64,000 bases of DNA, taken from assembly GCA_005881595.1 (NCBI GenBank), contig VBBY01000034.1, positions 1,308 through 65,307 of the forward strand. The letters are read 5' to 3'. Source of the stretch: Betaproteobacteria bacterium. GTDB lineage: Bacteria; Pseudomonadota; Gammaproteobacteria; Burkholderiales; SG8-39. Positions within the stretch are counted from its first letter, which is position 1. The number at the start of each line of letters is the position of its first letter. Positions 1 to 9,335 of the stretch are shown in pieces. The translations under genes were made by a program, and so were the position numbers. The notes below the pieces were generated by a model that had not been told where the DNA came from, did not search any database, and was given only the letters and a program-made list of their open reading frames with translations.

Positions 1-734
1 TCGGCGACTTGTCGCGCAGTTTCTCGGCGGTGCTCGCGCGGCTGGCGCAGCATCACGCCTACCTGGAAAGCATGGCGGGCCGGCTCTCGCACGAGCTGCG
101 TACGCCGATCGCGGTGGTGCGCTCCTCGCTCGAGAACCTGAAGCTCGCTCCCGAGGGCAGCGAAGCGCGGCGCTACATCGAGCGCGCCGAAGAGGGGCTG
201 TCCAGGCTCAACCGCATCCTGGAGCGCATGATGGAGGCGTCGCGCCTCGAGCAAAGCCTCAGCAGCGCCGAGCGCGAGCGCTACGATCTGGTCGGCGTGG
301 TGCGCGGCTGCGTCGAGGGCTATCGCGTCGCCTACCCGCGCATCGCCTTCGCCGTAGAGCTGCCCCGGCAATCCCTGCAGGTCGAGGGCTCGCCCGACCT
401 GGCCGCACAGCTTCTCGACAAGCTGGTTGAGAACGCTGTGGACTTCTGCCGCGGCGCCGAGCCGGTGCGCATCGAACTGACGGAAGCGGGCGGGGCGGCG
501 GTGCTGAGCGTAGTGAACAAGGGCCGTCCATTGCCGGCGGAGTTCCGCGCGCGGCTTTTCGAGTCGATGATCTCGGTGCGCGAGGGCCCGCAGACGGCTG
601 CTCCTCACCTTGGCATTGGCCTTTACGTGGCGCGCCTGATCGCCGAATACCACGGCGGCAGCACCGATGCGGCGAACCTGCCCGCCGGCGACGGCGTCGC
701 GGTCACGGTACGCATACCGCTCGCGTGGAAATGA
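1..734 (+). CDS. sensor histidine kinase, C-terminal part (5' end lies outside the window)
   Basis: The frame is open from the window edge to TGA 732-734. It has the H-box SHELRTPI followed by an HATPase-type region (LVENAVDF ... GIGLYVARLIAEYHGG). Confidence 0.85.
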   Translation, partial: GDLSRSFSAVLARLAQHHAYLESMAGRLSHELRTPIAVVRSSLENLKLAPEGSEARRYIERAEEGLSRLNRILERMMEASRLEQSLSSAERERYDLVGVVRGCVEGYRVAYPRIAFAVELPRQSLQVEGSPDLAAQLLDKLVENAVDFCRGAEPVRIELTEAGGAAVLSVVNKGRPLPAEFRARLFESMISVREGPQTAAPHLGIGLYVARLIAEYHGGSTDAANLPAGDGVAVTVRIPLAWK

Positions 735-2179
735 ACTATGACCTGCTGGTCATCGGCGGCGGCATCAATGGCGCCGGCATCGCCCGCGATGCTGCCGGCC
801 GCGGGCTCTCGGTGCTGCTGGTCGAACGCGGCGATCTGGCGGCGGCGACCTCGTCGGCGTCCTCGAAGCTGATCCATGGCGGGCTGCGCTATCTCGAGCA
901 GTTCGAGTTCCGCCTGGTCGCCGAGGCGCTCGCCGAGCGCGAGATCCTGCTGCGCATTGCCGGGCACCTGGCCTGGCCGGCGCGCTTCGTCATGCCGCAT
1001 CTGCCGGGGCTGCGGCCGCGCTGGGCGATCCGGCTGGGGCTGTTTTTGTACGATCACCTGGCCCGGCGCTCGCTCCTGCCGGGATCGCACGCGGTACGGC
1101 TCGACACGCCGCCGTACTGCTCCGGTCTGAACAGCCAGCTCAGGCACGGCTTCGTCTACTCCGACTGCCGCGTCGACGACGCGCGCCTGGTGGTTGCGAA
1201 CGCCGTGGACGCTGCCGAGCGCGGCGCGCGCATCCTGGTAGGCACCGAATGCCTCTTGGCGCGGCGCGATGGCGCGCTATGGCACGCGGCGCTCTCCGGA
1301 GGGGTCGAAGTCCGGGCGCGCGCGATCGTCAACGCGGCCGGCCCATGGGTCAAGGACGTGCTGAACCAGCGCCTCGGCCAACCCAGCCGCGACGCAGTCC
1401 GGCTCGTCAAGGGCAGCCATATCGTGCTGCCGCGGCTTTACGATGGCGAGCACGCCTTTATCCTGCAAAACGACGACCGGCGGGTGGTGTTCATGATCCC
1501 CTGGGAAGGGCGCTTCACACTGGTGGGAACCACCGATATCCCCGTCGCCACGCCGGACCAGGCTGAAGCGACGCAGGACGAGGTCGACTATCTGTGCCGC
1601 GCGGTGAGCCGTTATCTCGAGAAGCCGGTCGGGCCGCGCGCGGTGCTTTGGCGTTACGCCGGCGTGCGGCCGCTCTACGACGATGGATCAAGCGATCCTT
1701 CCGCCGTCACGCGCGACTACACCCTGCGCCTGGATGCGGCGGCCGACGAGGCGCCGGTGCTGTCGGTGTTCGGCGGCAAGATCACCACTTACCGCAGGCT
1801 CGCCGAGCACGCGCTGGAGAAGCTTGCGCCGTATTTTCCGCGCCTGCCTGGCGCCTGGACCGGGCAGACTGCGCTTCCGGGGAGCGACTTCAAGGACCGC
1901 GAAGAGGCGCGAAAGGAGCTCCTTGCCCGGCATCGCGATCTGCCGCCGGAAGTTCTGCAAGGCGTTTTCCGGCGTCACGGCACGCGCGCCCTCCAGGTGC
2001 TGGGCGACGGGCAGCTCGGAGAGCATTTTGGCGCCGGCCTGACCGAGCGCGAGCTGCGCTATTTCATCGAGCGCGAATGGGCGCGCGGCGCGCAGGACGT
2101 GCTTTGGCGGCGCACGAAGGCCGGCCTGCACCTCGATCAACGCGCGCGCGAGCGCGTCGAGGCCGCGTTCAGCCGATGA
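731..2179 (+). CDS. glpD: FAD-dependent glycerol-3-phosphate dehydrogenase
   Basis: N-terminal dinucleotide fold DLLVIGGGINGAGIARDAAGRGLSVLLVE and SSKLIHGGLRYLEQ are typical of aerobic GlpD. ATG 731 overlaps the kinase stop (ATGA). GTG 725 is an alternative start. Confidence 0.9.
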   Translation: MNYDLLVIGGGINGAGIARDAAGRGLSVLLVERGDLAAATSSASSKLIHGGLRYLEQFEFRLVAEALAEREILLRIAGHLAWPARFVMPHLPGLRPRWAIRLGLFLYDHLARRSLLPGSHAVRLDTPPYCSGLNSQLRHGFVYSDCRVDDARLVVANAVDAAERGARILVGTECLLARRDGALWHAALSGGVEVRARAIVNAAGPWVKDVLNQRLGQPSRDAVRLVKGSHIVLPRLYDGEHAFILQNDDRRVVFMIPWEGRFTLVGTTDIPVATPDQAEATQDEVDYLCRAVSRYLEKPVGPRAVLWRYAGVRPLYDDGSSDPSAVTRDYTLRLDAAADEAPVLSVFGGKITTYRRLAEHALEKLAPYFPRLPGAWTGQTALPGSDFKDREEARKELLARHRDLPPEVLQGVFRRHGTRALQVLGDGQLGEHFGAGLTERELRYFIEREWARGAQDVLWRRTKAGLHLDQRARERVEAAFSR

Positions 2180-2958
2180 AGCCGCTTGCCGAGCTCGACG
2201 CGCGAGGCGTGAAAGCGCTGCTCTTCGATATCGACGACACCCTGACCACCGAAGGCAAGCTCACTGCCCAGGCGTACGACGCCCTCGAGCGATTGCGGCG
2301 CGCCGGCAAGATCACGGTGCCGGTGACCGGCCGGCCGGCGGGCTGGTGTGACCACATCGCGCGCATGTGGCCGGTCGACGCCGTAGTCGGGGAGAACGGC
2401 GCCTTCTACTTTTTCTACGCCGGCGGGCGGCTGCAAAGGCGCTTCCAGGACGATGCCGAGACGCGGCGCAAAAAACGCGCCCGCCTGGACGCCATCGCGC
2501 ACCGCATCCTCGCCGCCGTTCCGGGCTGCGCGCTCGCTGCGGACCAGAACTACCGCGAGACCGACCTCGCCATCGACTACTGCGAGGACATTCCGCCGCT
2601 GCCGCTCGAGGCGGCGGAGCGCATCGCGTCGCTGATGCGCGCGGCGGGCCTCAACGCGAAGATCAGCTCGATTCACGTCAACGGCTGGTTCGGCGAGTAC
2701 GACAAGCTGGCGATGAGCCGGGTGCTTTTCACCGAACGCTTTGGAATGGATCTCGCCGCGTCCAGGCGAGAAATCGTATTCGCGGGCGACTCGCCGAACG
2801 ACGCGCCGATGTTCGCCTTTTTCAGCCATTCGGTCGGCGTGGCCAACGTGCGGCGTTTCGAGGATCTGCTCGCGGATAAACCGAAGTACGTTACGCGCGC
2901 CGCCGCGGGAGCGGGTTTTGCCGAGCTCGCCGAACACCTGCTGCAGGAACGCCGGTGA
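2176..2958 (+). CDS. HAD-superfamily (IIB-like) phosphatase/hydrolase
   Basis: Has HAD motif I LLFDIDDTLT and a C-terminal GDSPNDAPMF motif. ATG 2176 overlaps the glpD stop (ATGA). The upstream part of ORF 1594..2958 is an Arg/Ala-rich out-of-frame overlap of glpD. Confidence 0.8.
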   Translation: MKPLAELDARGVKALLFDIDDTLTTEGKLTAQAYDALERLRRAGKITVPVTGRPAGWCDHIARMWPVDAVVGENGAFYFFYAGGRLQRRFQDDAETRRKKRARLDAIAHRILAAVPGCALAADQNYRETDLAIDYCEDIPPLPLEAAERIASLMRAAGLNAKISSIHVNGWFGEYDKLAMSRVLFTERFGMDLAASRREIVFAGDSPNDAPMFAFFSHSVGVANVRRFEDLLADKPKYVTRAAAGAGFAELAEHLLQERR

Positions 2959-3007
2959 ACTACCCGGGTTAAACTGCAGCCCTCTCCATCTCCCGAAGGC
3001 TGCTTGC

Positions 3008-4231
3008 ATGGCAGGCCCGCTGTCGCACATCCGCGTCCTGGACCTGTCGCGCGTGCTGGCGGGCCCCTGGGCCGGCCAGAATCTGGCCGATCTCGGGGCC
3101 GAGGTCATCAAGGTGGAGCGGCCGAAGAGCGGCGACGACGCGCGCGCTTTCGGGCCGCCTTGGGTCAAGGACCGCGACGGTCGCGAGACTCGCGACTCCG
3201 CCTATTTCACCTCGGCGAATCGCGGCAAGAAGTCGATCACGGTGAACATCGCGGTCCCCGAGGGGCAGGCGCTGATCCGTGCGCTCGCGGCCAGCTTCGA
3301 TATCCTGATCGAGAACTACAAGTACGGCGATCTCGCCCGCTACGGCCTGGGCTACGACGCCCTGCGGAAGACCAACCCGGGGCTCATCTACTGCTCGCTC
3401 ACCGGCTTCGGCCAGAGCGGCCCCTGGCGCGAGCGGCCGGGCTACGACTTCATGATCCAGGGCATGGGCGGGATGATGAGCGTCACCGGAGAGCCCGACG
3501 GCGCGCCAGGCGGCGGTCCGCAGCGCGCCGGCGTCCCGATCGCCGACATCATCACCGGGATGTACGCCTCGATCGCCATCTGCGCGGCGCTGGCGCATCG
3601 CGCGCAATCGGGCCTCGGGCAGCATCTCGATCTCGCGCTGCTCGACTCGCAGATCGCGCTCCTTGCCTACCAGAATACCAACTACTTCGCCACGGGCGTG
3701 CCGCCGCAGCGCATCGGCAACCTGCACCCGAATATCGTCCCCTACCAGCCGTTCCGCTCGAGCGACGGGCAGGTGATCCTGGCCTGCGGAAACGACAACC
3801 TGTATCGCAAATTCTGCGCGGCCGCCGGATGCCCGGCGCTGGCGGAGGATCCGCGCTTCGCCAGCAACGGCAAGCGCGTCGAAAATCGCGCTGAGCTTAC
3901 CCGGTTGCTGGAGCAGGTTTTTATCCGGCGCAGCACCCGGGAGTGGGTGGAGCTGCTGGAAGCGGCCGGCGTTCCGAACGGCCCGATCAACAATGTGGCG
4001 CAGGTATTCGAGGAGCCGCAGGTCAGGGCCCGCGGCATCCGGATCGAGCTGGACCATTCGGCCGCAGGCAAGCTGCCGGGCGTCGCGAGCCCCATGCGCT
4101 TCTCGGAGACGCGGATCGAGTATCGGCTCGCGCCGCCCTTGCTCGGCGAGCACACCGATGAAGTGCTGCGCGGCCTCCTCGGCAAGAGCGATGCCGAGAT
4201 TGCGCGGCTGCGCGCCGCGGGCGTCATCTAA
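3008..4231 (+). CDS. family III (CaiB/BaiF-type) CoA-transferase
   Basis: N-terminus LSHIRVLDLSRVLAGPWAGQNLADLGAEVIKVERP is the characteristic family III signature. Length about 407 aa from Met90 of ORF 2741..4231. Confidence 0.9.
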   Translation: MAGPLSHIRVLDLSRVLAGPWAGQNLADLGAEVIKVERPKSGDDARAFGPPWVKDRDGRETRDSAYFTSANRGKKSITVNIAVPEGQALIRALAASFDILIENYKYGDLARYGLGYDALRKTNPGLIYCSLTGFGQSGPWRERPGYDFMIQGMGGMMSVTGEPDGAPGGGPQRAGVPIADIITGMYASIAICAALAHRAQSGLGQHLDLALLDSQIALLAYQNTNYFATGVPPQRIGNLHPNIVPYQPFRSSDGQVILACGNDNLYRKFCAAAGCPALAEDPRFASNGKRVENRAELTRLLEQVFIRRSTREWVELLEAAGVPNGPINNVAQVFEEPQVRARGIRIELDHSAAGKLPGVASPMRFSETRIEYRLAPPLLGEHTDEVLRGLLGKSDAEIARLRAAGVI

Positions 4232-4235
4232 GCGG

Positions 4236-5015
4236 CTAGCGGCCCTTGAATTGCGGCTTGCGCTTGGCAAGGAAGGCAGCCACGCCCTCCCGGAAGTCCT
4301 CGGTGTCGAAGCAGGCGTAGCTCTCGTCGTATTCCGCTTCCGAAAGCGGCCGCGCATCGGCGAGCCGGCGCACGAACTTCTTGTGCCAGCGCGCAGCAAG
4401 CGGCGCGCCGTCGGCGATACGTCGCGCGGTCGCATAGGCTTCTTCAACCACCTTGTCATCGGCGACGACGCGGTTCACCAGGCCCTTCTCGCAGGCTTCG
4501 CGCGCCCCCCAGATGCGCCCCTCGAGGAGAATCTCGAGCGCGGCTGCGCGGCCGACGACGTTCATCATTCCCTGCAGCTCGTCGTAGGCCTCCACCAGCC
4601 CGAGGTTCTTGACCGGAACGCCGAAGCGCGCCGACTCGTTGCAGATCCTCAGGTCGCATTGCGACGCGACCAGCAATCCGCCGCCGACGCAGGCGCCCTG
4701 GATGAGTGCGACGACCGGGTGACGGCAGGCGGCGAAGGCATGCATCGCCGCTGCAATGCGCCGCCCGTATTCCTTGGCCTGCCTCGAATTCGCGCGCTCG
4801 GTGGCGAAGGCGGCAATGTCGGCACCGGCCGCGAAAGCCTTTTCGCCCGCGCCGCGCACGACGACACAGCGCAGCGATGCATCATTTTCGAGTTCTTTTG
4901 CCAGTAACCCTAGCCGCTCCCACATCGCGAGATCGAGCGCGTTCATGCGTCCCGGGTTGGAAAGCGTCACCGTGGCGATGTCGCCATCGCGCGCGAGCAG
5001 GACTTCGCCGCTCAT
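4236..5015 (-). CDS. enoyl-CoA hydratase/isomerase (crotonase) family protein
   Basis: Crotonase pattern VTLSNPGRMNALD ... VVVRGAGEKAFAAGADI ... ALIQGACVGGG. Internal Met169 of ORF 4236..5519 gives a 259-aa product. Its ATG overlaps the tctA stop. Confidence 0.9.
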   Translation of the reverse strand: MSGEVLLARDGDIATVTLSNPGRMNALDLAMWERLGLLAKELENDASLRCVVVRGAGEKAFAAGADIAAFATERANSRQAKEYGRRIAAAMHAFAACRHPVVALIQGACVGGGLLVASQCDLRICNESARFGVPVKNLGLVEAYDELQGMMNVVGRAAALEILLEGRIWGAREACEKGLVNRVVADDKVVEEAYATARRIADGAPLAARWHKKFVRRLADARPLSEAEYDESYACFDTEDFREGVAAFLAKRKPQFKGR

Positions 5016-6535
5016 TTGGTACCTAACCTGGCGTCCCGCCGAATGGCGTTCCGCATCTGGGCCATCGCGCCGGAAATCAGCGGCCAGAACAGCAGCACCA
5101 GCGCCAGCGTGGTGATCGAGCCCACAAGAGCGTTCGACCAGAACACGCGCAAGTCGCCCCCTGCCCCGATCATGGACAGCCGGAAGGCGTCCTCGGCGCG
5201 GTTCCCGAGCACCAGCGCCAGCGTGAACGGAGCGAGCGGAATGCCGATCTTCTTGAATGCATAGCCGACCACCCCGAAGACGAGCATCAGCCAGATGTCG
5301 AACATGGCATTCTGGATTGCGTAGGCACCAATCGCGCAGGACACGACGATCATGGGCGCGATCGCCGAGAACGGTACTCGCAGCACGGCGGCGAAGAGCG
5401 GCACGGTGGTGAGTACCAGGATGAGGCCGACGACGTTCCCCAGATACATCGACGCGATCAGGCCCCAGACAAAGCCCTTGTGCTCGACGAACAGCAGCGG
5501 GCCGGGGTTTAGCCCCCACACCATCAGGCCGCCAAGCAGGATTGCCGCCGTGCCCGAGCCGGGGATGCCGAGCGCGAGCATCGGCAGCAGCGCCGAGGTG
5601 CCGGAAGCATGCGCCGCGGTCTCCGGGGCAAATACGCCCTCGATGCGGCCCTTTCCGAACGAATCCTTATCCCTGGCGAAGCGCTTGGCGAGGTTGTAGC
5701 CCATGAAGGAGGCCGCGATCGCCCCGCCCGGCGTGATGCCGAGCCAGCATCCTATCGCTGAGGAGCGCAGCAGAGTCGCCCAGTAGCGCGGCAGCTCCTT
5801 CCAGACTTTCAGCACCACGCGCGGGCTGATGCTGGCGGCATGGCCGCGCAGCGCCAGCCGCTCCTCCATCGTCAGCAGGATCTCGCTGATCCCGAACAGG
5901 CCGATGACCGCGACCAGGAAGTTGATGCCGCGCAGGAGCTCGTTCGACCCGAAGGTCATGCGCAGCTGGCCCGAGACAGTGTCCATGCCGACCCCGGCGA
6001 GCAGCAGGCCGAGCGTCATGGAGATGATGGTCTTGTGCTTCTCCTCGCGCCCGAGTCCGACAAACGAGCAGAAGGTGAGCAAATAAACTGCGAAGAACTC
6101 CGGCGGCCCGAAGCGCAACGCGAAGGAGGCGATCCCCGGCGCGAGGAAGGTGATCAGCAGCACCGCGACCAGCGAGCCGATGAACGACGACGTGAAGGCC
6201 GCGGTCAGCGCTTCCGCCGCCTTGCCCTGCTGTGCCATCGGATAGCCGTCGAACGTGGTGGCCACTGACCAGGCTTCGCCGGGGATGTTGAACAGGATCG
6301 AGGTGATCGCGCCGCCGAAAAGCGCGCCCCAGTAGATGCAGGAGAGCATCACGATGGCCGAGGTCGGGTCCATCGTGAAGGTGAGCGGCAGCAGGATGGC
6401 GACGCCGTTCGGCCCGCCGAGCCCCGGCAGCACGCCGACGAAAATGCCGAGCACCAGGCCGACCATCATCAGCGCGAGCGTCTTCCAGGTCAGCAGGACG
6501 CTGAAGCCGTAGATCAGAAGGCCGAAAGCCTCCAT
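5012..6535 (-). CDS. tctA: tripartite tricarboxylate transporter large permease
   Basis: 507-aa polytopic membrane protein with a TctA-like N-terminus (LGIFVGVLPGLGGPNGVAILLPLTF). It lies downstream of tctB/tctC-like genes. Confidence 0.9.
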   Translation of the reverse strand: MEAFGLLIYGFSVLLTWKTLALMMVGLVLGIFVGVLPGLGGPNGVAILLPLTFTMDPTSAIVMLSCIYWGALFGGAITSILFNIPGEAWSVATTFDGYPMAQQGKAAEALTAAFTSSFIGSLVAVLLITFLAPGIASFALRFGPPEFFAVYLLTFCSFVGLGREEKHKTIISMTLGLLLAGVGMDTVSGQLRMTFGSNELLRGINFLVAVIGLFGISEILLTMEERLALRGHAASISPRVVLKVWKELPRYWATLLRSSAIGCWLGITPGGAIAASFMGYNLAKRFARDKDSFGKGRIEGVFAPETAAHASGTSALLPMLALGIPGSGTAAILLGGLMVWGLNPGPLLFVEHKGFVWGLIASMYLGNVVGLILVLTTVPLFAAVLRVPFSAIAPMIVVSCAIGAYAIQNAMFDIWLMLVFGVVGYAFKKIGIPLAPFTLALVLGNRAEDAFRLSMIGAGGDLRVFWSNALVGSITTLALVLLFWPLISGAMAQMRNAIRRDARLGTK

Positions 6536-6545
6536 CGCGCTGCGC

Positions 6546-7088
6546 CTAGTGGCCGAACAGGGCCTCGAGCGGGCCCTTCGGCATGATGACGTCGAACGCG
6601 ATCTCGAAAGTCACGAACATGATGAGCGAGAACAGCAAGGCGGTGAGCACGGCCTTCCACGCCGCGATGCGCCCGACGAATGCCATGAAGCCTGCGACCA
6701 GAAGAAAGCTCGCCACGTAGAGCCCGAGCCACTGCGTCACCACGCAGAACAGCAGCGTCGGGACGAAGACCTGCGTCACGCGGCGAAGCTGTGCGCGCGT
6801 GACGAAGGTTTCGCTCGCCTGCTTGCGTGCCAGGAATTCCTTGCCGATGCCAAACAGGCAGGCAGCGGCGAGGATCGCCGAGAGATAGAAAGGAAAGTAG
6901 CCCGCCTGCGGGCCGGTCGAATCCCACGACATTCCGGTGCGCCAGTTGTCGAACCCCAGCAGCACGGCGAGCGCCAGCAGCAACAGCGCGGCGACGACCT
7001 CGACTGTGCGGGTGCTGGTCACCGCCGGCGAGTCGCGCGCCGGCGGGTCAGGGTCCTCGACGACGATTTCGACTTCGGGTTTCGACAC
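6546..7088 (-). CDS. tctB: tripartite tricarboxylate transporter small subunit
   Basis: Small hydrophobic, roughly 4-TM protein sitting between tctC- and tctA-like genes. The exact start is uncertain. Confidence 0.7.
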   Translation of the reverse strand: MSKPEVEIVVEDPDPPARDSPAVTSTRTVEVVAALLLLALAVLLGFDNWRTGMSWDSTGPQAGYFPFYLSAILAAACLFGIGKEFLARKQASETFVTRAQLRRVTQVFVPTLLFCVVTQWLGLYVASFLLVAGFMAFVGRIAAWKAVLTALLFSLIMFVTFEIAFDVIMPKGPLEALFGH

Positions 7089-8081
7089 TCAGTTGGCGAC
7101 GAAGCCGGCTTCGGTCATCAGGTTCCTGTTGAGCGCGTCGTCCTCCTCTAGGAACTTAAGCATGTCCTTGCCGGCGAGGAAGACCGGCTTCAGCGCCTGC
7201 TTCTCCATGTACTCCTTGTATTCCGAGGTCCGCGTCAGCTTGCTGAACAGATCGACATAGAAAGCGGTCTGCTCGGGCGTCACCTTGCCGGGCAGGAACA
7301 TGGCGCGCAGCATCAGGTACTGCACGTCGACGCCCTGATCCTTGCAGGTCGGGATGTCATTCCATGACATGCTGTCGGTGACTTTGGTCCTGTACTGCAT
7401 GCGCTCCTTGTCGAACACGCAGAGCGGGCGCACCTGGCCGGCGCGCCAGACTTCGAGATTCTCCGACGGATTGTTGACGTTCGATTGAGTATGGTTGCCG
7501 ACGAGCTGGGTTGCCGCCTCGCCGCCCGACTTGTACGGCAGGTAGGCGAACTTGGCGCCGGTCTTCTTCTCCAGGAAGACGGTGAGGACGTGATCCTCGC
7601 GCTTAGAGCCGGTGCCGCCCATCTTGAAGGGCGGGTTCGCCGTCTTGGCGGCGTCGGCGAACTCCTTCACCGTCTTGTAGGGGAGCTGCGCGTTCGTCCA
7701 CAGGACGAATTGGTCGAGCGCGATGACGGAAACCGGCGTCAGCTCGCGCCAGTTGAACGGGATCTTGGCCGACAGGGGCAGCATGTAGATGAGCGAATAG
7801 GCGATCAGCGTCCTGTGAGGGTCGCCGGCGCTGCTCTTCATGTACATCAGCGCCTCCGCGCCCGAGGCGCCGCCCTTGAGCGAGACGACCATCGGCTGCT
7901 TCATCAGGTTGTTCTTCTGGATGGCGGCCTGCATCATCCTCGCCATCTGGTCTGATGCCCCGCCGGCGCCGGCGGCAACCACGATCTCTACCGGTTTGCT
8001 CGGCTCCCATGCGAACGCCGGAGCCGTGGTCAGCGCGAGCGCGGCAAGCGCGCTCGCAAGGAAGCCAATTTGTCTGCTCAT
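7089..8081 (-). CDS. tctC: TctC/Bug-family periplasmic substrate-binding protein
   Basis: 330 aa with a signal peptide (ALAALALTTAPAFA). Size and position upstream of tctBA fit the family, and an SD-like sequence lies upstream. Confidence 0.85.
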   Translation of the reverse strand: MSRQIGFLASALAALALTTAPAFAWEPSKPVEIVVAAGAGGASDQMARMMQAAIQKNNLMKQPMVVSLKGGASGAEALMYMKSSAGDPHRTLIAYSLIYMLPLSAKIPFNWRELTPVSVIALDQFVLWTNAQLPYKTVKEFADAAKTANPPFKMGGTGSKREDHVLTVFLEKKTGAKFAYLPYKSGGEAATQLVGNHTQSNVNNPSENLEVWRAGQVRPLCVFDKERMQYRTKVTDSMSWNDIPTCKDQGVDVQYLMLRAMFLPGKVTPEQTAFYVDLFSKLTRTSEYKEYMEKQALKPVFLAGKDMLKFLEEDDALNRNLMTEAGFVAN

Positions 8082-8113
8082 ATCATTTCTCCCTTTGATT
8101 TCCCACCGCTTGC

Positions 8114-9313
8114 TTAAGCGGCTCGGCGCGCCGGTGCCTTGGCGCAGTCCGAAAGATATTCCATCGCCGCGCGAACCCCTTCCCGCTTTACCGGAACCCT
8201 GGCAAGCGTCAGGCCCATTTCCACGCCGGCCAGCGTGCCCATCAGGGCGAGGTCGTTGAAGTCGCCGAGATGCCCGATGCGGAACACCTTGCTCGCGAGC
8301 TTGCCCAGGCCGGTGCCGAGCGACATGTCGAAGGCCTCGAGAATGATCTTGCGCACGTGGTCCGCGTCGTGGCCGGCGGGTACCAGCACTGCCGTGAGCG
8401 AAGCGGAGTACTCGCGCGGATCGAGCGCAAGCACTTCCAGGCCCCAGGCGCGCACCGCGCGGCGCGTCGCCTCCGCATGGCGCTGGTGGCGCGCGAAGAC
8501 CGCATCGAGGCCCTCTTCATCGAGCAGCATGGTGAGCGATTCGCGCAGGCCGTAGAGCAGGTTGGTCGCCGGCGTATAGGGGAAATAGCCGGTCTTGCCG
8601 TTGGCGATCATTTCGTCCCAGGCCCAGTAGCTGCGCGGCAGGCGTGCGGATCTGGAGGCGGCCAGCGCCTTGGGCGAGATGCAGTTGAACGACAGCCCCG
8701 GCGGCAGCATCAGCCCCTTCTGCGAGCCGGCTACCGTGACATCGACGTCCCACTCGTCATGCCGGTAGTCGATCGAAGCGAGCGACGAAATGGTGTCGAC
8801 CATGTAGAGGGCCGGATGGCCGGCGGCATCGATGGCGCGGCGCACGTCGCCGATGCGGGATGTAACCCCGGTCGAGGTTTCGTTGTGCACCACGCATACC
8901 GCCTTGACGCGCTTCCCGGGGTCGGCGCGCAGGCGCTTCTCGATCGCATCAGGATCGGCGCCGTGGCGCCAGTCGGTCGGCAGGAATTCGACCTCCAGGC
9001 CGAGCTTCGCCGCCATCTTCTGCCACAGGGTGGCGAAGTGGCCCGTTTCGGCCATCAACACGCGATCGCCGGGAGACAGGCTGTTCACCAGGGCGGCTTC
9101 CCACGCGCCGGTGCCGGAGGCGGGGTAGATCACTACTTCGCCCTTGGTGCTCTTGAAAATGCGCTTCATCCCCGAGAGCACGCCCTTGCCGAGATCGGCG
9201 AACTCAGGACCGCGATGGTCCATCGTCGGGAAGTCGATTGCGCGTAAAACGCGATCCGGAACGTTGGTCGGACCAGGGATCTGGAGGAAGTGACGGCCGG
9301 CGGTTCGGGGCAT
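8114..9313 (-). CDS. class V pyridoxal-phosphate aminotransferase (serine/alanine-glyoxylate aminotransferase-like)
   Basis: FLQIPGPTNVPDRVLRA N-terminus and the SQKGL PLP-lysine motif. Met34 of ORF 8114..9412 gives about 399 aa, which is typical. Confidence 0.85.
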   Translation of the reverse strand: MPRTAGRHFLQIPGPTNVPDRVLRAIDFPTMDHRGPEFADLGKGVLSGMKRIFKSTKGEVVIYPASGTGAWEAALVNSLSPGDRVLMAETGHFATLWQKMAAKLGLEVEFLPTDWRHGADPDAIEKRLRADPGKRVKAVCVVHNETSTGVTSRIGDVRRAIDAAGHPALYMVDTISSLASIDYRHDEWDVDVTVAGSQKGLMLPPGLSFNCISPKALAASRSARLPRSYWAWDEMIANGKTGYFPYTPATNLLYGLRESLTMLLDEEGLDAVFARHQRHAEATRRAVRAWGLEVLALDPREYSASLTAVLVPAGHDADHVRKIILEAFDMSLGTGLGKLASKVFRIGHLGDFNDLALMGTLAGVEMGLTLARVPVKREGVRAAMEYLSDCAKAPARRAA

Positions 9314-9335
9314 GCGGTATTCTACCTTTGGCCCC

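Noticed and set aside
1594-2175. N-terminal extensions of track ORFs that overlap the preceding gene. Examples are 1594-2175, 2741-3007, 13630-13977, 21969-22730, 22610-23782, 46085-46774, 46693-47304, 41401-41844 (minus strand) and 16246-16824 (minus strand).
   Set aside because: The extensions are Arg/Pro/Ala-rich out-of-frame read-throughs of neighbouring genes. Internal starts give proteins of canonical length with canonical N-termini, often with ATGA/GTGA coupling.
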